This document shows, piece after piece, positions 47,782-58,045 of a stretch of DNA of 58,045 nucleotides; positions within the stretch are counted from its first letter, which is position 1, and each line of letters opens with the position of its first letter. This DNA comes from Candidatus Daviesbacteria bacterium RIFCSPHIGHO2_01_FULL_41_45 (GTDB lineage Bacteria; Patescibacteriota; Microgenomatia; Daviesbacterales; UBA10151). The stretch spans positions 1 to 58,045 of the forward strand of contig MFCS01000029.1 in the NCBI GenBank assembly GCA_001776975.1, written 5' to 3'. Under the pieces are notes generated by a model. It had not been told where the DNA came from. It saw only the letters and a list, made by a program, of their open reading frames with translations, and did no database searches. A program made the translations under genes and the position numbers.

Positions 47782-49140
47782 GGATTAGATTTGCACCTTG
47801 AAATGTGAATACGGAAAAAATACCACGTTCATGTAAATTGAATGTGGGGGAAGAAGGCCAAAATTTACTAAATTGTAAATTTAATGCCAAAAAATACTCA
47901 ACATAAAAGCATACGGCGGATGCCTTGGTCGAAAGTACCGATAAAGGGCGTACACGGCAACGATATCCTGTGGGGAGCTGCCACGAAGCTATGATCCACA
48001 GATGCCCGAATGGGGAAACCCGATCTTTATAGATCACCTCCTGCTGAAGCATAAGCAAAGCTTGCTTTGCTGTGCAAAGTAAGCAGGAAGGGGGGTACGC
48101 GCTGAACTGAAACATCTAAGTAAGCGCAGGAAAAGAAAGCAAAAGCGATTCCCTTAGTAGTGGCGAGCGAAAAGGGAGCAGTCTAAACCACGTTCATGCG
48201 CAAGCACTGAACGTGGGGTTGTGAGGCCACGATATAGGATGTAAGAAGAATAGTAGAATCCACTGGAAAGTGGAGCCAAAGAGGGTGATAGCCCCGTAAA
48301 CGAAATTTTACTTACCCTTAGTGGTTCCTCAAGTAGCCCGGGACACGTGTAATCCCGGGTGAATCTGGGTCGACCTTGATCCAAGACTAAATATACTTTC
48401 GGACCGATAGTGAACTAGTACCGCGAGGGAAAGGTGAAAAGAAGGGCGAAATGCCCTGTGAAATAGTACCTGAAACCGTATGCTGTCAAGCTGTGGAAGC
48501 ACTGAGCCGCAAGGCGAAGTATGACCGCGTGCCTATTGAAGAATGAACCGGTGAGTTATCGTATGTGCCAAGTTTAATCAGCAATGGCTGAGAAGGCGTA
48601 GTGAAAGCGAGCCCTAACTGGGCGTCTAGGCGCATATGTTAGACCCGAAACCGAGTGAGCTAACCATGTCCAGGGTGAAGATCTCCGAAAGGTGATTGGA
48701 AGCCCGAACTCGTGACTGTTGCAATAGTCTGGGATGAGGTGTGGTTAGAGGTGATATGCCAATCGAACTCGGAGATAGCTGGTTCTCCCCGAAATATATC
48801 TAGGTATAGCCCTGTGCAATCAAATGAGGGGTAGAGCTCTGGATGGATCTGGGTGCCGCAAGGTATTCAATCCAATCAAACTTCAAATACTCATTTGTGT
48901 AGCAGGAGTCAGTCCGATCCGGCTAAGCGGAGCGGTCCTGAGGGAAACAACCCAGACCGATAGTTAAGGTCCCTAAATACAGACTAAGTGTCAAAGGATG
49001 TAAGTTTCCTTAGACAGCCAGGAAGTTGGCTTAGAAGCAGCCATCTTTTAAAGAAAGCGTAACAGCTCGCTGGTCTAGTCACGGAGACTTGCGCCGACAA
49101 TTTATCGGGGCTAAGTCTGTTACCGAAACTACGGATCAAG

Positions 49141-49592
49141 TCCGGATTTCAGAGTTCGGATGTCAGATTTCGGATATGTTAAAATGAATTTAATGCAGGA
49201 TGTAAGTGATCTACACGTCTATCAGCACTCAATGAGATTGTTAGATGAGATAAATCGTTTTCTAGATCAGTTACCAAGTAAGGATAGAGATCTCTTTCAT
49301 CAAATATTGAGAGCCGCTAGATCTATTCCCGCCTTACTTGCTGAAGGATTTGCTAAAAAGTCATCACAAAAGGACTTTCGTCACTTTGTGATCATGGCGA
49401 TGGGTTCTTCAGATGAGGTCATTACCCATCTAAGAATAGCAAAGGCAGATCCTCGGCTAATTGAGGAATACAAAGTTGTATCTAAGCAACTTAATAGATT
49501 AGCTCAGTCTCTTAATTCTGAAGCTAAACAGTTGCTGGATCAAATAATTCATAAACAATCTGATTTCTGATATCTGATTTCCGATATCCGGG
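49141..49592 (+). mobile_element. Intervening sequence (IVS) in 23S helix 45, bounded by inverted 5x7-bp arrays
   Basis: Lies between ACCGAAACTACGG and GGTAGGGGAGCGTTC; arms 49141-49175 and 49558-49592 are imperfectly complementary; no group I core. Confidence 0.9.
49184..49570 (+). CDS. Four-helix bundle protein (23S rRNA IVP / S23 / Avd-like family)
   Basis: DLHVYQ, QILRAARSIPALLAEG and AMGSSDEV; start 49184 or 49193. Confidence 0.92.
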   Translation: MNLMQDVSDLHVYQHSMRLLDEINRFLDQLPSKDRDLFHQILRAARSIPALLAEGFAKKSSQKDFRHFVIMAMGSSDEVITHLRIAKADPRLIEEYKVVSKQLNRLAQSLNSEAKQLLDQIIHKQSDF

Positions 49593-50371
49593 CTTGGTGG
49601 TAGGGGAGCGTTCAAAATGGAGCGAAGCTGTGCTGTGAGGCGTGGTGGACTGTTTTGAAGTGAGAATGCCGGTATGAGTAGCGTTTCAGACTGAGAATGT
49701 CTGACGCCGAATGCCCAAGGTTTCGCAAGCAATGTTCGTCAGCTTGCGGTTAATCGGTTACTAAGGCGAGGCCAAATGGCGTAGCCGATGAATGATCCGT
49801 TAAAATTCGGATATTAGTATTGTTTCGTTGAAATCTACGGGAGGACAAAATGGGAATATCCAGTCCGCCAATGGCGGATCCAAGTAACAAGTTAGTGGGG
49901 GTTATGAAAATCAGCCCCAAAATCGCGCAAGCGACTTAAACACGTTTGAAGCGAGTTACAAGTGCGATAAAAAGTGGAAAGTTTCTGTTTTCAAGAAAAG
50001 CCTCGTAGATAGAAACAATTTAGCCGTACCATAAACCGACACAGGTGGGCGAGTTGAGTATACAAAGGCGATCGAGTGAATCATCCTTAAGGAACTCGGC
50101 AACAAAAGCTGGACGTAAGTTAGCAAGATGTCCTGCCTTAAATCGCAAGATTTAGGGCCGCAGTGAATGACCCTGAGCGACTGTTTATCAAAAACACAGC
50201 TCCCTGCTAAAGTGAAAACTGATGTATAGGGGGTGACACCTGCCCAGTGCCAGTAATTTAACATTTTCTTTGACCTGATGGAGCAATCTTGAGGTGAGGA
50301 GAGGATCTAAGATCTGGTGAACGGCAGCAGTAACTATAACTGTTCTATGGTAGCGAAGTTCCTTGTCTGGT

Positions 50372-51096
50372 GAATGAATTCGCCAGTTCCAGAAGTGATT
50401 CTGGAAAAAATTCGGCTAATATCGGTGGAATCCTAAAAAAGTATTTACTTTTGTCTTATATTCGGGTAATCTGATTATAGGAGGGACAATACCGAGGGAA
50501 GTCGGGAAGTACCAATTGGTATAACCTTGACCCTGTAACGACTGATATATGAGGTACCAGATAATCTGGAGAAAAACTCATATTATACGCCGACGCTTAA
50601 TGAATAATTTAGGATGGTATCTTTCTGGTTTTGCTGACGGAGAAGGTAGTTTTTGTGTCTATTTCTCGCCTCGAAGTCGAATGACTTTGGGTTGGGAGGT
50701 TAGACCAAGCTTTTCTGTCGGGCAGAACACTTCAAGGCCTGAAGTTTTGAATCTATTTCTGCAATATTTTAAGTGTGGAAGTTTACGAGCTAATAAGGGA
50801 GATAATACTGTAAAATTTGAAATTCGCAGTTTAAGACCGTTATTAGATATTGTGATTCCTCATTTTAGAAAATATCCAGTACTTTCAAGCAAAGCTAAGG
50901 AATTTGAGAAGTTTGTTGCTATTTGTAACTTACTTTCCCAAAGTTCCCACTTAACTGAAGCTGGATTTAAGAAAATTGTTGATTTAGCATTTGAAATGAA
51001 TGGTTTAGGAGCAAGAAGATATAGCAAACAATACATTCTAGATAATCTTAAGATGAAGATATAGTCTGATCCTACTAGTAATAGTGGAGAAATATG
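50372..51096 (+). mobile_element. Group I intron at 23S position 1951, 725 nt
   Basis: Interrupts TTCCTTGTCTGGT|GAGTTCAGACC; P1 ctggtgaat/attcgccag with U.G; P7 GTAACGACT...GAAGATATAGTC; terminal G. Confidence 0.93.
50600..51064 (+). CDS. Intron-encoded single-motif LAGLIDADG homing endonuclease
   Basis: YLSGFADGEGSF, FSVGQ and IVIPHFRKYP. Start reassigned to ATG 50600. Confidence 0.93.
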   Translation: MNNLGWYLSGFADGEGSFCVYFSPRSRMTLGWEVRPSFSVGQNTSRPEVLNLFLQYFKCGSLRANKGDNTVKFEIRSLRPLLDIVIPHFRKYPVLSSKAKEFEKFVAICNLLSQSSHLTEAGFKKIVDLAFEMNGLGARRYSKQYILDNLKMKI

Positions 51097-51196
51097 GAGT
51101 TCAGACCCGCACGAAAGGTAGAACGACTTAGGGACTGTCTTGAGGGTGAACTCGGCGAAATTGCAGTGGCTGTGAAGATGCGGCCTTCCCATACTT

Positions 51197-51232
<36 letters not shown>

Positions 51233-51351
51233 TCCCTGATTTGAAAATTTGATTGTGTAGCGTAGGAGGGAGCTTCGGCGACGATGAAACACCTCTCTTT
51301 CGAATTTTTAAGTCTCACCTCGACCCATAATCTGGGAGAGGGACAAGGCCT

Positions 51352-51382
<31 letters not shown>

Positions 51383-51545
51383 AAAAAAGTAACGGAGGCG
51401 TGCAAAGGTTGACTTAGGACGGATGGCAATCGTCCATAAAGCGCAAAAGTAAATAGTCAGCTTGACTGCGAGACCTACAAGTCGAGCAGGTGCGAAAGCA
51501 GGCTTTAGTGATCCTGTGTCAGCTCAAGGGAGCGGCACGGCTTAT

Positions 51546-51579
<34 letters not shown>

Positions 51580-51619
51580 GATACCCAACAGTCCACAAGG
51601 ACGGTATCGTTCGGCACCT

Positions 51620-51951
51620 TAATATATCGGGGTGCGGTGGGAGTAATCCCATTAACCTGTTATACAAAATATATAATTTGTCTTTTTGAAAAAATACTAG
51701 CTAAAATCGGTGAACTCCTATCTAAATCAATAGAGGACAACACCGAGGGAATCCTTCGATTCTGAGAATCTCAGGACGAGGACCCGTAACGACTTTTCCG
51801 CCTTTGGCGGGAGGATTCAAGGTACCGAAGGTTACTTCGGATTAAAACTTGGATAAAAGGCTAGCTCCTTCATTTGAGCGGGACTTGTCCCGAACAAGCG
51901 AAGGATGAAGGTATAGTCTAAGCTGCAGGTAACTGTAGATTTTTATGACAG
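51620..51951 (+). mobile_element. ORF-less group I intron at 23S position 2500, 332 nt
   Basis: Interrupts GGCACCT|CGATGTCGGCTC; P1 gcacct/gggtgc; GTAACGACT...GAAGGTATAGTC; terminal G. Confidence 0.93.
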
Positions 51952-52363
51952 CGATGTCGGCTCATCCTATCCTGGGGCTGTAGAAGGTCCCAAGGGTCTG
52001 GCTGTTCGCCAGTTAAAAGGTTACGCGAGCTGGGTTCAGAACGATGTAAATCAGTTCGGACTCTATCCAGTATGGGCGTTTGGATTCTTGAGGGGAGTTG
52101 TCTCTAGTACGAGAGGACCGAGATGAGGCAACCTCTAGTGTGCCGGTTGTCACTACAGTGGCAGCGCCGGGTAGCTACGTTGTTTCCTGATAAGTGCTGA
52201 AAGCATCTAAGCACGAAGCAGACCCCAAGATTAGGGATCTTTAAGACCCCAAGTAGACTACTTGGTTGATAGGAGAGCGGTGTAAGTGCAGTAATGCATT
52301 TAGCTTACTCTTACTAATGGTCGTAGTTGAGATTTTTTGGTTGGAGCTTTCTTTCGTCCGTAT

Positions 52364-54019
52364 TCACATTTTAGCGTGTAAATTAGATTGAGCTTGTTTT
52401 CTTGCTTCATCAATCGCCATTTTTTGAACAAAATAATATTTATTATTTGGCTTGCGAACTTTCGGGTTAACCAATCCCCATTGTTTTTCGTGTTCAGGAA
52501 GCTCGTGAATAAAAATCTCAGATCCTCCCAGCTGTCTGGCTCTGGTGATCATCTTTGGCAACATCCCTCCCTCTTCTCCGTTAAACCCCAGCTCACTAAT
52601 AATTAAGTTTCTTTTTCCGGTCGCTCTCTGAACAAGTTTCATTCTTCTGTCCAGCTCTTCCATGTCGTAGGTATGTACAGAGAAGTCGATATTATTTAAG
52701 TCAATTTTTTCATTATCCCTCAAAAGTCTTACCAGGGTTTCTTGGTTGCGCTCGGGATTGGCTAATGCTCCAATAATAATTCTGACATCAGGTTTAATCC
52801 TTCTTGCCTCTTTTATTAAAACACTAACAAATTTAGCATAGCTTTCCATATTTCCATTGGTATTGTTGTAATCTAACCAGTAACCATTGGTTGTTTCATC
52901 TGGTTCGTTACCGATCTCCAGATCAACTTTAGGGTTTTTTAAAACCTCCTGGAGGTGATTTCTAATTGAAGTTAAGGTAGGGGTGAAGCTGGGGTTAAAG
53001 GTATAAAGTATATTTAAATCTTGTCTTTGGGCTTCTTGTAAAGCCCGGCGCAGTGCTTCTTGACCTTGAATTTCTGCTGGGTGGTTATTGTTACTAACAA
53101 TTCTGACTCTGGTGGCTCCTAATCCATGTACAAAAGGCATTAACTCACTGACGTTGTTACGGATTCCCAAATAAGGTAGTTTGGGAAGATTTTCTTTATC
53201 AACCACCTCGCCACGGGCTATGTTCACCTGGTCAATCGGTACATCATAACTTTTCCTGCTTGTTTCATCATAAAAGCGAAATGAGTAATTTCCATCATCG
53301 CTATATCCAAGAACTCTTATTACATCAATATTTTGTAGAACTTGCTGCGTCTCTAGAACAGTTAATAATGACTTGGTAGTTGAATCTGTAATCCTAGGGT
53401 GGGTAGTGGTGAATAAGCCATAAGCCTTTATTTTAGGCGTATCGACCTCTTCTGCTTTTGATTCAGGTGCTGGAATTGGTTTTGAGGTGTCAACACTTAC
53501 AACAGCCTGGATTACTTCTTGAGAAATGGAGGGTGGAACTTGAGTATCATGATTGGGCGTTGTGACCGTATTAGTTTGGCCGGCAATTCGAGCTATGAGA
53601 TCTTGTCCCATTGTTATAGCTCCCACCCCAGCTGCTACAGTAGCCACCCCAATAGTTCCACCAACTAGCAGCCCTTTACTTATTCTGCCTATTCCAGAGC
53701 CCTTTTCACTTACTTTAAGTCCCAGTAGTTTGGCTAATTGAAATGAATTAGAAGCATCAGTCTCATTTTTAGCAGTTTTTATTTTTTGCTCTAAAGCCTG
53801 TTGGATTATTGGATTTGTGCCCAGTGCTTCGGTAAGACTTGTAAAGTTTTTGCCAGTTCTCAAAGATAAGTCATGTAGTTTTAAAACATCAGTGAATAAT
53901 ACAGAAGTATCCATACCCTCTTTTTTCCCATAATTATCCTTGAGGGCAGTAAGTACTTGTTTTAACTGTTGGGTTGGTGAGGATTCAATAGATTTGGGTG
54001 TTTCACTAAACGGGATCAT
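52364..54019 (-). CDS. Single-TM protein with a C-terminal clan GH-A-like glycoside hydrolase barrel
   Basis: TM LLVGGTIGVATVAAGVGAI; LEIGNEPD (acid/base), SVHTY and IISELG (nucleophile). Confidence 0.7.
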   Translation of the reverse strand: MIPFSETPKSIESSPTQQLKQVLTALKDNYGKKEGMDTSVLFTDVLKLHDLSLRTGKNFTSLTEALGTNPIIQQALEQKIKTAKNETDASNSFQLAKLLGLKVSEKGSGIGRISKGLLVGGTIGVATVAAGVGAITMGQDLIARIAGQTNTVTTPNHDTQVPPSISQEVIQAVVSVDTSKPIPAPESKAEEVDTPKIKAYGLFTTTHPRITDSTTKSLLTVLETQQVLQNIDVIRVLGYSDDGNYSFRFYDETSRKSYDVPIDQVNIARGEVVDKENLPKLPYLGIRNNVSELMPFVHGLGATRVRIVSNNNHPAEIQGQEALRRALQEAQRQDLNILYTFNPSFTPTLTSIRNHLQEVLKNPKVDLEIGNEPDETTNGYWLDYNNTNGNMESYAKFVSVLIKEARRIKPDVRIIIGALANPERNQETLVRLLRDNEKIDLNNIDFSVHTYDMEELDRRMKLVQRATGKRNLIISELGFNGEEGGMLPKMITRARQLGGSEIFIHELPEHEKQWGLVNPKVRKPNNKYYFVQKMAIDEARKQAQSNLHAKM

Positions 54020-54087
54020 ATATTCAGTTTACCAAAATTTCACTCAAAAAGAAGAAATTTAAGTAGTTAAATGGTAAAATTGAGGAG

Positions 54088-55503
54088 ATGACTCGAGAAC
54101 CTGAATCTCCTGAAAGACTATTCCCAACACCACTGGAAACTTTTCTTCAGGCTACCAAAGGTATGCCTTTAGTTGGTGATAACTATGGTCTCGATTATCA
54201 TAGTGCATTAGAAACTTTGGTGAAGGGTAATCATTGGAATTCCTTAAACAAGTTGAGAACCGAAGAGTATTTTAGAGATATTAGAAGTGATCCTAACTTT
54301 GCTCAAAAATTTCAAACAGTCAGGTTGCATACGGGGAGTCAATTACTTGGGAGAATTAAATCAAACAGAGCTCATCCAAGCCAACTTTTTAATAGAGAAT
54401 ATTTTATTAAGCTTGATGTAGAAATAATGAGACTTTTAGGATTAGATCAACTAGAAGGTAAGGCAGGTGAAGGAGCTAAGAAGCTAATTGCTGCTGCTGA
54501 AGCAGAGATCCAAAAAATTCAAGCCTTACGGGATGCCATGGAAAGGGAAATAGCAGTTCCTATAGAGAAACCAGCAACTCCTGAACCCATTATCCCCGAA
54601 CCGGTGAAAGTTGAGGATCAGTCAGAAGATCAAAGATTAAAAGAACAGCAAAGAAGGGAATGGGAATTTATGGAAAAGGTGTTATCACAAGGAGATTGTT
54701 TGTTAAGTACATCGACTCGGCCAGCAGGCGTGGATTATATTTTTCAGTCAGGCAAGGGGTCTTCGGGGATATTAAAAGACTGGAGTATCTTATTGTCTTC
54801 GGAAGATTCAGCAGTTTCTGTATTGGGAGCCTTATGGAAAAAGAAACAAAATGTGGGGATATATAACGTATTGAACGAGGCTATTATACCGGAGGTAGCA
54901 GTGATAAGGCCCTTGAAAAAAGATGTGCATGGAATAAGGAGGGTTAGGAAAACAGAGATAAAAAAAGGTTTTTTGGGAAGAAATAAACAGGTTGAAATGG
55001 AGGTTGATGAGGATTTTGTATCTGGTCAGGTTCCCTTAACTCTTAAAGAGGCAATAGGGACTGATTCTGATGAGGAGGCTTTTACGTTGCAATATTCAGC
55101 AGGGCATCTCCAGCATGCCTATATTAGAACAGATATACCATCTTATAGAGATGGTTGGGGCAGGAGTGGAAACGTCTTGGATTTTAGTGTTGTTATGCCT
55201 AAGAGTTTAGCTTTGGGAGTTGAGGGATTGGTTAGAGATAACCCAACGTTTGTCAGAGATTTAGTGTTGTGGATGATATCCAAAAAGTACTCGAGGCAGT
55301 TTAATGATCAAGTTATGAGAACTTATGGAACGCCTCCTTTTGAGGCTTGGGAGAAATATCACCAACCGAGGATGTATTTTGTGGATGTTTTAGCAAATCC
55401 GCCCCAGGATAAAAATCAAGGTTTGGATAGTTTTGATCCATCTAAAATCATCAGATTTAACACCAAAACGGTAGATGGCTATAAATTTGCAGTCAGGAGA
55501 TAA
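54088..55503 (+). CDS. Hypothetical protein
   Basis: 471 aa; helical N-terminal part, PEP linker, unrecognised C-terminal domain. Confidence 0.8.
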   Translation: MTREPESPERLFPTPLETFLQATKGMPLVGDNYGLDYHSALETLVKGNHWNSLNKLRTEEYFRDIRSDPNFAQKFQTVRLHTGSQLLGRIKSNRAHPSQLFNREYFIKLDVEIMRLLGLDQLEGKAGEGAKKLIAAAEAEIQKIQALRDAMEREIAVPIEKPATPEPIIPEPVKVEDQSEDQRLKEQQRREWEFMEKVLSQGDCLLSTSTRPAGVDYIFQSGKGSSGILKDWSILLSSEDSAVSVLGALWKKKQNVGIYNVLNEAIIPEVAVIRPLKKDVHGIRRVRKTEIKKGFLGRNKQVEMEVDEDFVSGQVPLTLKEAIGTDSDEEAFTLQYSAGHLQHAYIRTDIPSYRDGWGRSGNVLDFSVVMPKSLALGVEGLVRDNPTFVRDLVLWMISKKYSRQFNDQVMRTYGTPPFEAWEKYHQPRMYFVDVLANPPQDKNQGLDSFDPSKIIRFNTKTVDGYKFAVRR

Positions 55504-55565
55504 TGATTTTTATGTTTGACGGTATCTTGAAATTATGGGATGCTAGAAGGTGAAGAAAATTTGAT

Positions 55566-58045
55566 ATGGAAGATAACTCTGCCCCAGGCTCAACAGAATT
55601 AAGCACAGATGATTTAGACAGCTCTCTGGCTGATTTAACTGCAGGAATTAAACAAACTGCTCAAGCCCCACAGGTAACTCAGCCACCAAAACCAGAGTCT
55701 ACCTCTCCAGATCCCAATAATTTAGTGGATCAACTGGCTAAAGTACAAGACCTCCAGGCAAAATTAGGAGGAATTAAGGCTGCAGCAGGAAACCTGGATC
55801 GTCCTAAAAGAGAGCCCCCGCCAGTTCCATATGAAGAAGAGATTGTTAATGCCCGGATAGATGGAATACGGGGAATGTTAGATAGCCAAGATGCTCAAGG
55901 CAGACGGATAGAAGATATGGCCAGTCAGATATTAGCTGATCATTCAAGACCGGACGAAAGGGTTACGCCAGAGGTTGTACTACCAGCAGAACCGGAGTTG
56001 CCTTTGGATAGGGAAGCAACTGATGATTCTAATTTACCAGAATTTTTACGTACACTACGATTCCCACGGGAAGCTGGGAATGAGCCTGGAGAAAGAGCAA
56101 GGGCTATTCAACCAAGGCCGTTGCCCAGGGTTGTTCATAGGCCAACTGACATACCTGAATCAGTTGAGTCTACTACTGAATCGGCTATTAGGCCGGAGAG
56201 ACCTCTAGACGAATGGGCGATTGTTGAACAGCAGATTGCAGAGGACATAGCAAATAATAGATTTCCAGAAGGTGTTAGCTATGATGAAGAGATTGAACGT
56301 AGATTAAGAGAGGCTGGAGTGTCGGAGGATCAAATAGACGAGCGGTGTTGGACGGTTCATCAGATAACAGTACGAATGGAGAGAGAGGAAGAAGCGGTTT
56401 GGGCATTACAGAATTACGATCGTAATAGCATGATCACCGATGATTCGGTAAGAAGGGCTTTGCAATATGCTAGTTTCTTTCCTGAAGAAATCAATAATGA
56501 GCTGATCCAAGAGGTTGGGCATAGGGCTTTAAATGAGAGGCGGGTCCAAGCTGGTATTACCACACCCCTCCCACCATTAGATAAAGAAGCTGATCAGCCA
56601 GAATCAACAGGTACTCCTCCCTTAGATCAGGTTGATGCTGAGATTGATAGAGCCTTGGAGGATTTGGATCAAGAACCTGGAGCTGTAACAACAACTGAGG
56701 TACCTCTAACTCCGGAGGCAGTAGAGTTAATAAACAATGTAGATCATGGGGGTGGAGTTCCAGCCTTTATTAGTAGAAGACTAGAGAACATTGCCAATGA
56801 GAATGGGATTATTATCTCTGGTTCAGATACCCCCAACGAGGTGATTAATAGATTGAGGGCAAGACAGGGAGCTCCTGCTGGTACAACCACAGGAGATACT
56901 TCACCTCTGCCTAGAATCAATGTTCCCAGAACCTCTCCTCCTATTCCAGCCAGAGAACCGGAGAATCCATCAGCCCAGGAGAGAAGAGGAGGGGTGGGAG
57001 GATTTTTAGGAGGGTTATTTGGAAGAAGAAACAGAGGAACGGGTGAGGTTCCCCCTCCGCCAGTTGTACCTCCACCACCCATTCCACCAACGGTAGCTGG
57101 ATCAGGTGGGGAGATCGATGGACTAAATCCCGTAGATAGACTGGATTCTATTTTGGAACAATGGACCGCTTATAGAGACAGCTCTACCGGTGCCAGGGGC
57201 AGATTAGACCTACCAGCTTGGGCAGAAAGATATCTTAATGATAAAACAGGTAGTGAGATTTATGATCTGCCAGCTAAAGAGGGTCAGAGAAAAGAAGATG
57301 CCCTAAATCGAGATAAGAGGATCCAAAATGAGGTAAAGACCAGATATAAAGGTGTTCACCATATATTAAATGAGCTTCCAGCGAATAAACGGACTGAGTA
57401 TCTGGGGAAGTTAAAAGCCCTGTTAAATGATAAAGATTATCAGGGGATTGTGAATTATCAGGAATCTACGGGTCAGCCACCAATTGAACAGACCGGAAAT
57501 CCTTATGGTAAGAAGGCATTTGCAGATAATCTGACTTTACTTAACCAATTAAGCACTAAGGAGGCAGAGAAACAGTTATTAAAGGATGTGGGGTTACAAA
57601 AAAGGAAATCTGATGTTCAAAGAGCGATAGCTGAATATCTAAATCAGGTGGATTTTTTTACTAGCAATACTCCCACCAAGGAGTGGTTAGATAAATTACC
57701 ATCCCAATTTAGGACTCAGATATTAAGTAGATTAAGAGGGATGGGAGATTTTCAAGGAAGCGTTTGGAGCTGGAAAGATGGGGTTCCAGAGCCCTGGAGA
57801 AATTTCTATGAAACCTACTTTAATAGGCTACAAGATTTGGTGAGAAAACCCGGTGATCCCTGGGATGACGTTAGAAAAAGTCTACCAGATACAGCTCCCA
57901 TAACTCCTCCAGCTCCAATTCAACCCCCTCCACCTTTGCCCAGAGTTCCCAGGGCTCCTGAACCCGTTCCAACTCCAGAAAATCGCCAAGGGAGTATCCT
58001 CTCTCAGAGAGATATAGACGCCTTATTGGCTGCACTTCCTCCAGA
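55566..58045 (+). CDS. Large Pro/Glu-rich hypothetical protein (3'-truncated, >826 aa; absent from the ORF track)
   Basis: Translated by hand from ATG 55566 (MEDNSAPGSTELSTDDLD...) to the window end (...ILSQRDIDALLAALPP) with no stop codon. Confidence 0.88.
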   Translation, partial: MEDNSAPGSTELSTDDLDSSLADLTAGIKQTAQAPQVTQPPKPESTSPDPNNLVDQLAKVQDLQAKLGGIKAAAGNLDRPKREPPPVPYEEEIVNARIDGIRGMLDSQDAQGRRIEDMASQILADHSRPDERVTPEVVLPAEPELPLDREATDDSNLPEFLRTLRFPREAGNEPGERARAIQPRPLPRVVHRPTDIPESVESTTESAIRPERPLDEWAIVEQQIAEDIANNRFPEGVSYDEEIERRLREAGVSEDQIDERCWTVHQITVRMEREEEAVWALQNYDRNSMITDDSVRRALQYASFFPEEINNELIQEVGHRALNERRVQAGITTPLPPLDKEADQPESTGTPPLDQVDAEIDRALEDLDQEPGAVTTTEVPLTPEAVELINNVDHGGGVPAFISRRLENIANENGIIISGSDTPNEVINRLRARQGAPAGTTTGDTSPLPRINVPRTSPPIPAREPENPSAQERRGGVGGFLGGLFGRRNRGTGEVPPPPVVPPPPIPPTVAGSGGEIDGLNPVDRLDSILEQWTAYRDSSTGARGRLDLPAWAERYLNDKTGSEIYDLPAKEGQRKEDALNRDKRIQNEVKTRYKGVHHILNELPANKRTEYLGKLKALLNDKDYQGIVNYQESTGQPPIEQTGNPYGKKAFADNLTLLNQLSTKEAEKQLLKDVGLQKRKSDVQRAIAEYLNQVDFFTSNTPTKEWLDKLPSQFRTQILSRLRGMGDFQGSVWSWKDGVPEPWRNFYETYFNRLQDLVRKPGDPWDDVRKSLPDTAPITPPAPIQPPPPLPRVPRAPEPVPTPENRQGSILSQRDIDALLAALPP

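Noticed and set aside
48046..48076. Additional intron near the 23S 5' end
   Set aside because: Only a short hairpin extension (gcaaag-cttg-ctttgc) with no ribozyme core or ORF; treated as an expansion segment.
49184..49570. Diversity-generating retroelement (Avd-like protein)
   Set aside because: No reverse transcriptase or TR/VR pair was seen; the gene sits in an rRNA IVS.
52334..52460. 5S rRNA downstream of the 23S
   Set aside because: No 5S-like sequence is present; a convergent CDS ends at 52364.

Overview
A bacterial chromosomal window in standard code 11. It most likely comes from a Patescibacteria/CPR organism of the Microgenomates type, inferred from 16S signatures (A522/U527), intron-rich rRNA genes, a shortened PolA and PGK, an ATP-dependent ligase and many GT-C enzymes. 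Housekeeping genes include a three-gene ATP-dependent citrate-cleavage set, trpS, ftsH, polA, mutM, recF, lig, pth, pgk and gap. There is also a cell-surface glycosylation cluster and many orphan ORFs. The rRNA operon is split: the 16S gene (group I intron at S1498 with a LAGLIDADG ORF) and tRNA-Ala-23S (helix-45 IVS with a four-helix-bundle ORF, group I introns at L1951 and L2500) lie about 11.4 kb apart. Each half has its own promoter, tRNA-Ile is inverted, and no 5S gene is adjacent. The most notable observations are: (1) a naturally circularly permuted DsbA; (2) a >826-aa Pro-rich ORF missed by the ORF track that carries a FliM-like ILSQRDIDALL motif and a MinD-like amphipathic motif; (3) 7-bp tandem repeats that form the IVS stem and recur in frame inside unrelated genes; (4) REP-like palindromes inside proteins and RNAs; (5) pervasive leaderless-type promoters; (6) an RpoD-like sigma factor with a rewritten region 4.2; and (7) two surface proteins sharing a pilin-like N-terminal module. 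All calls were made by eye; no database searches were run.
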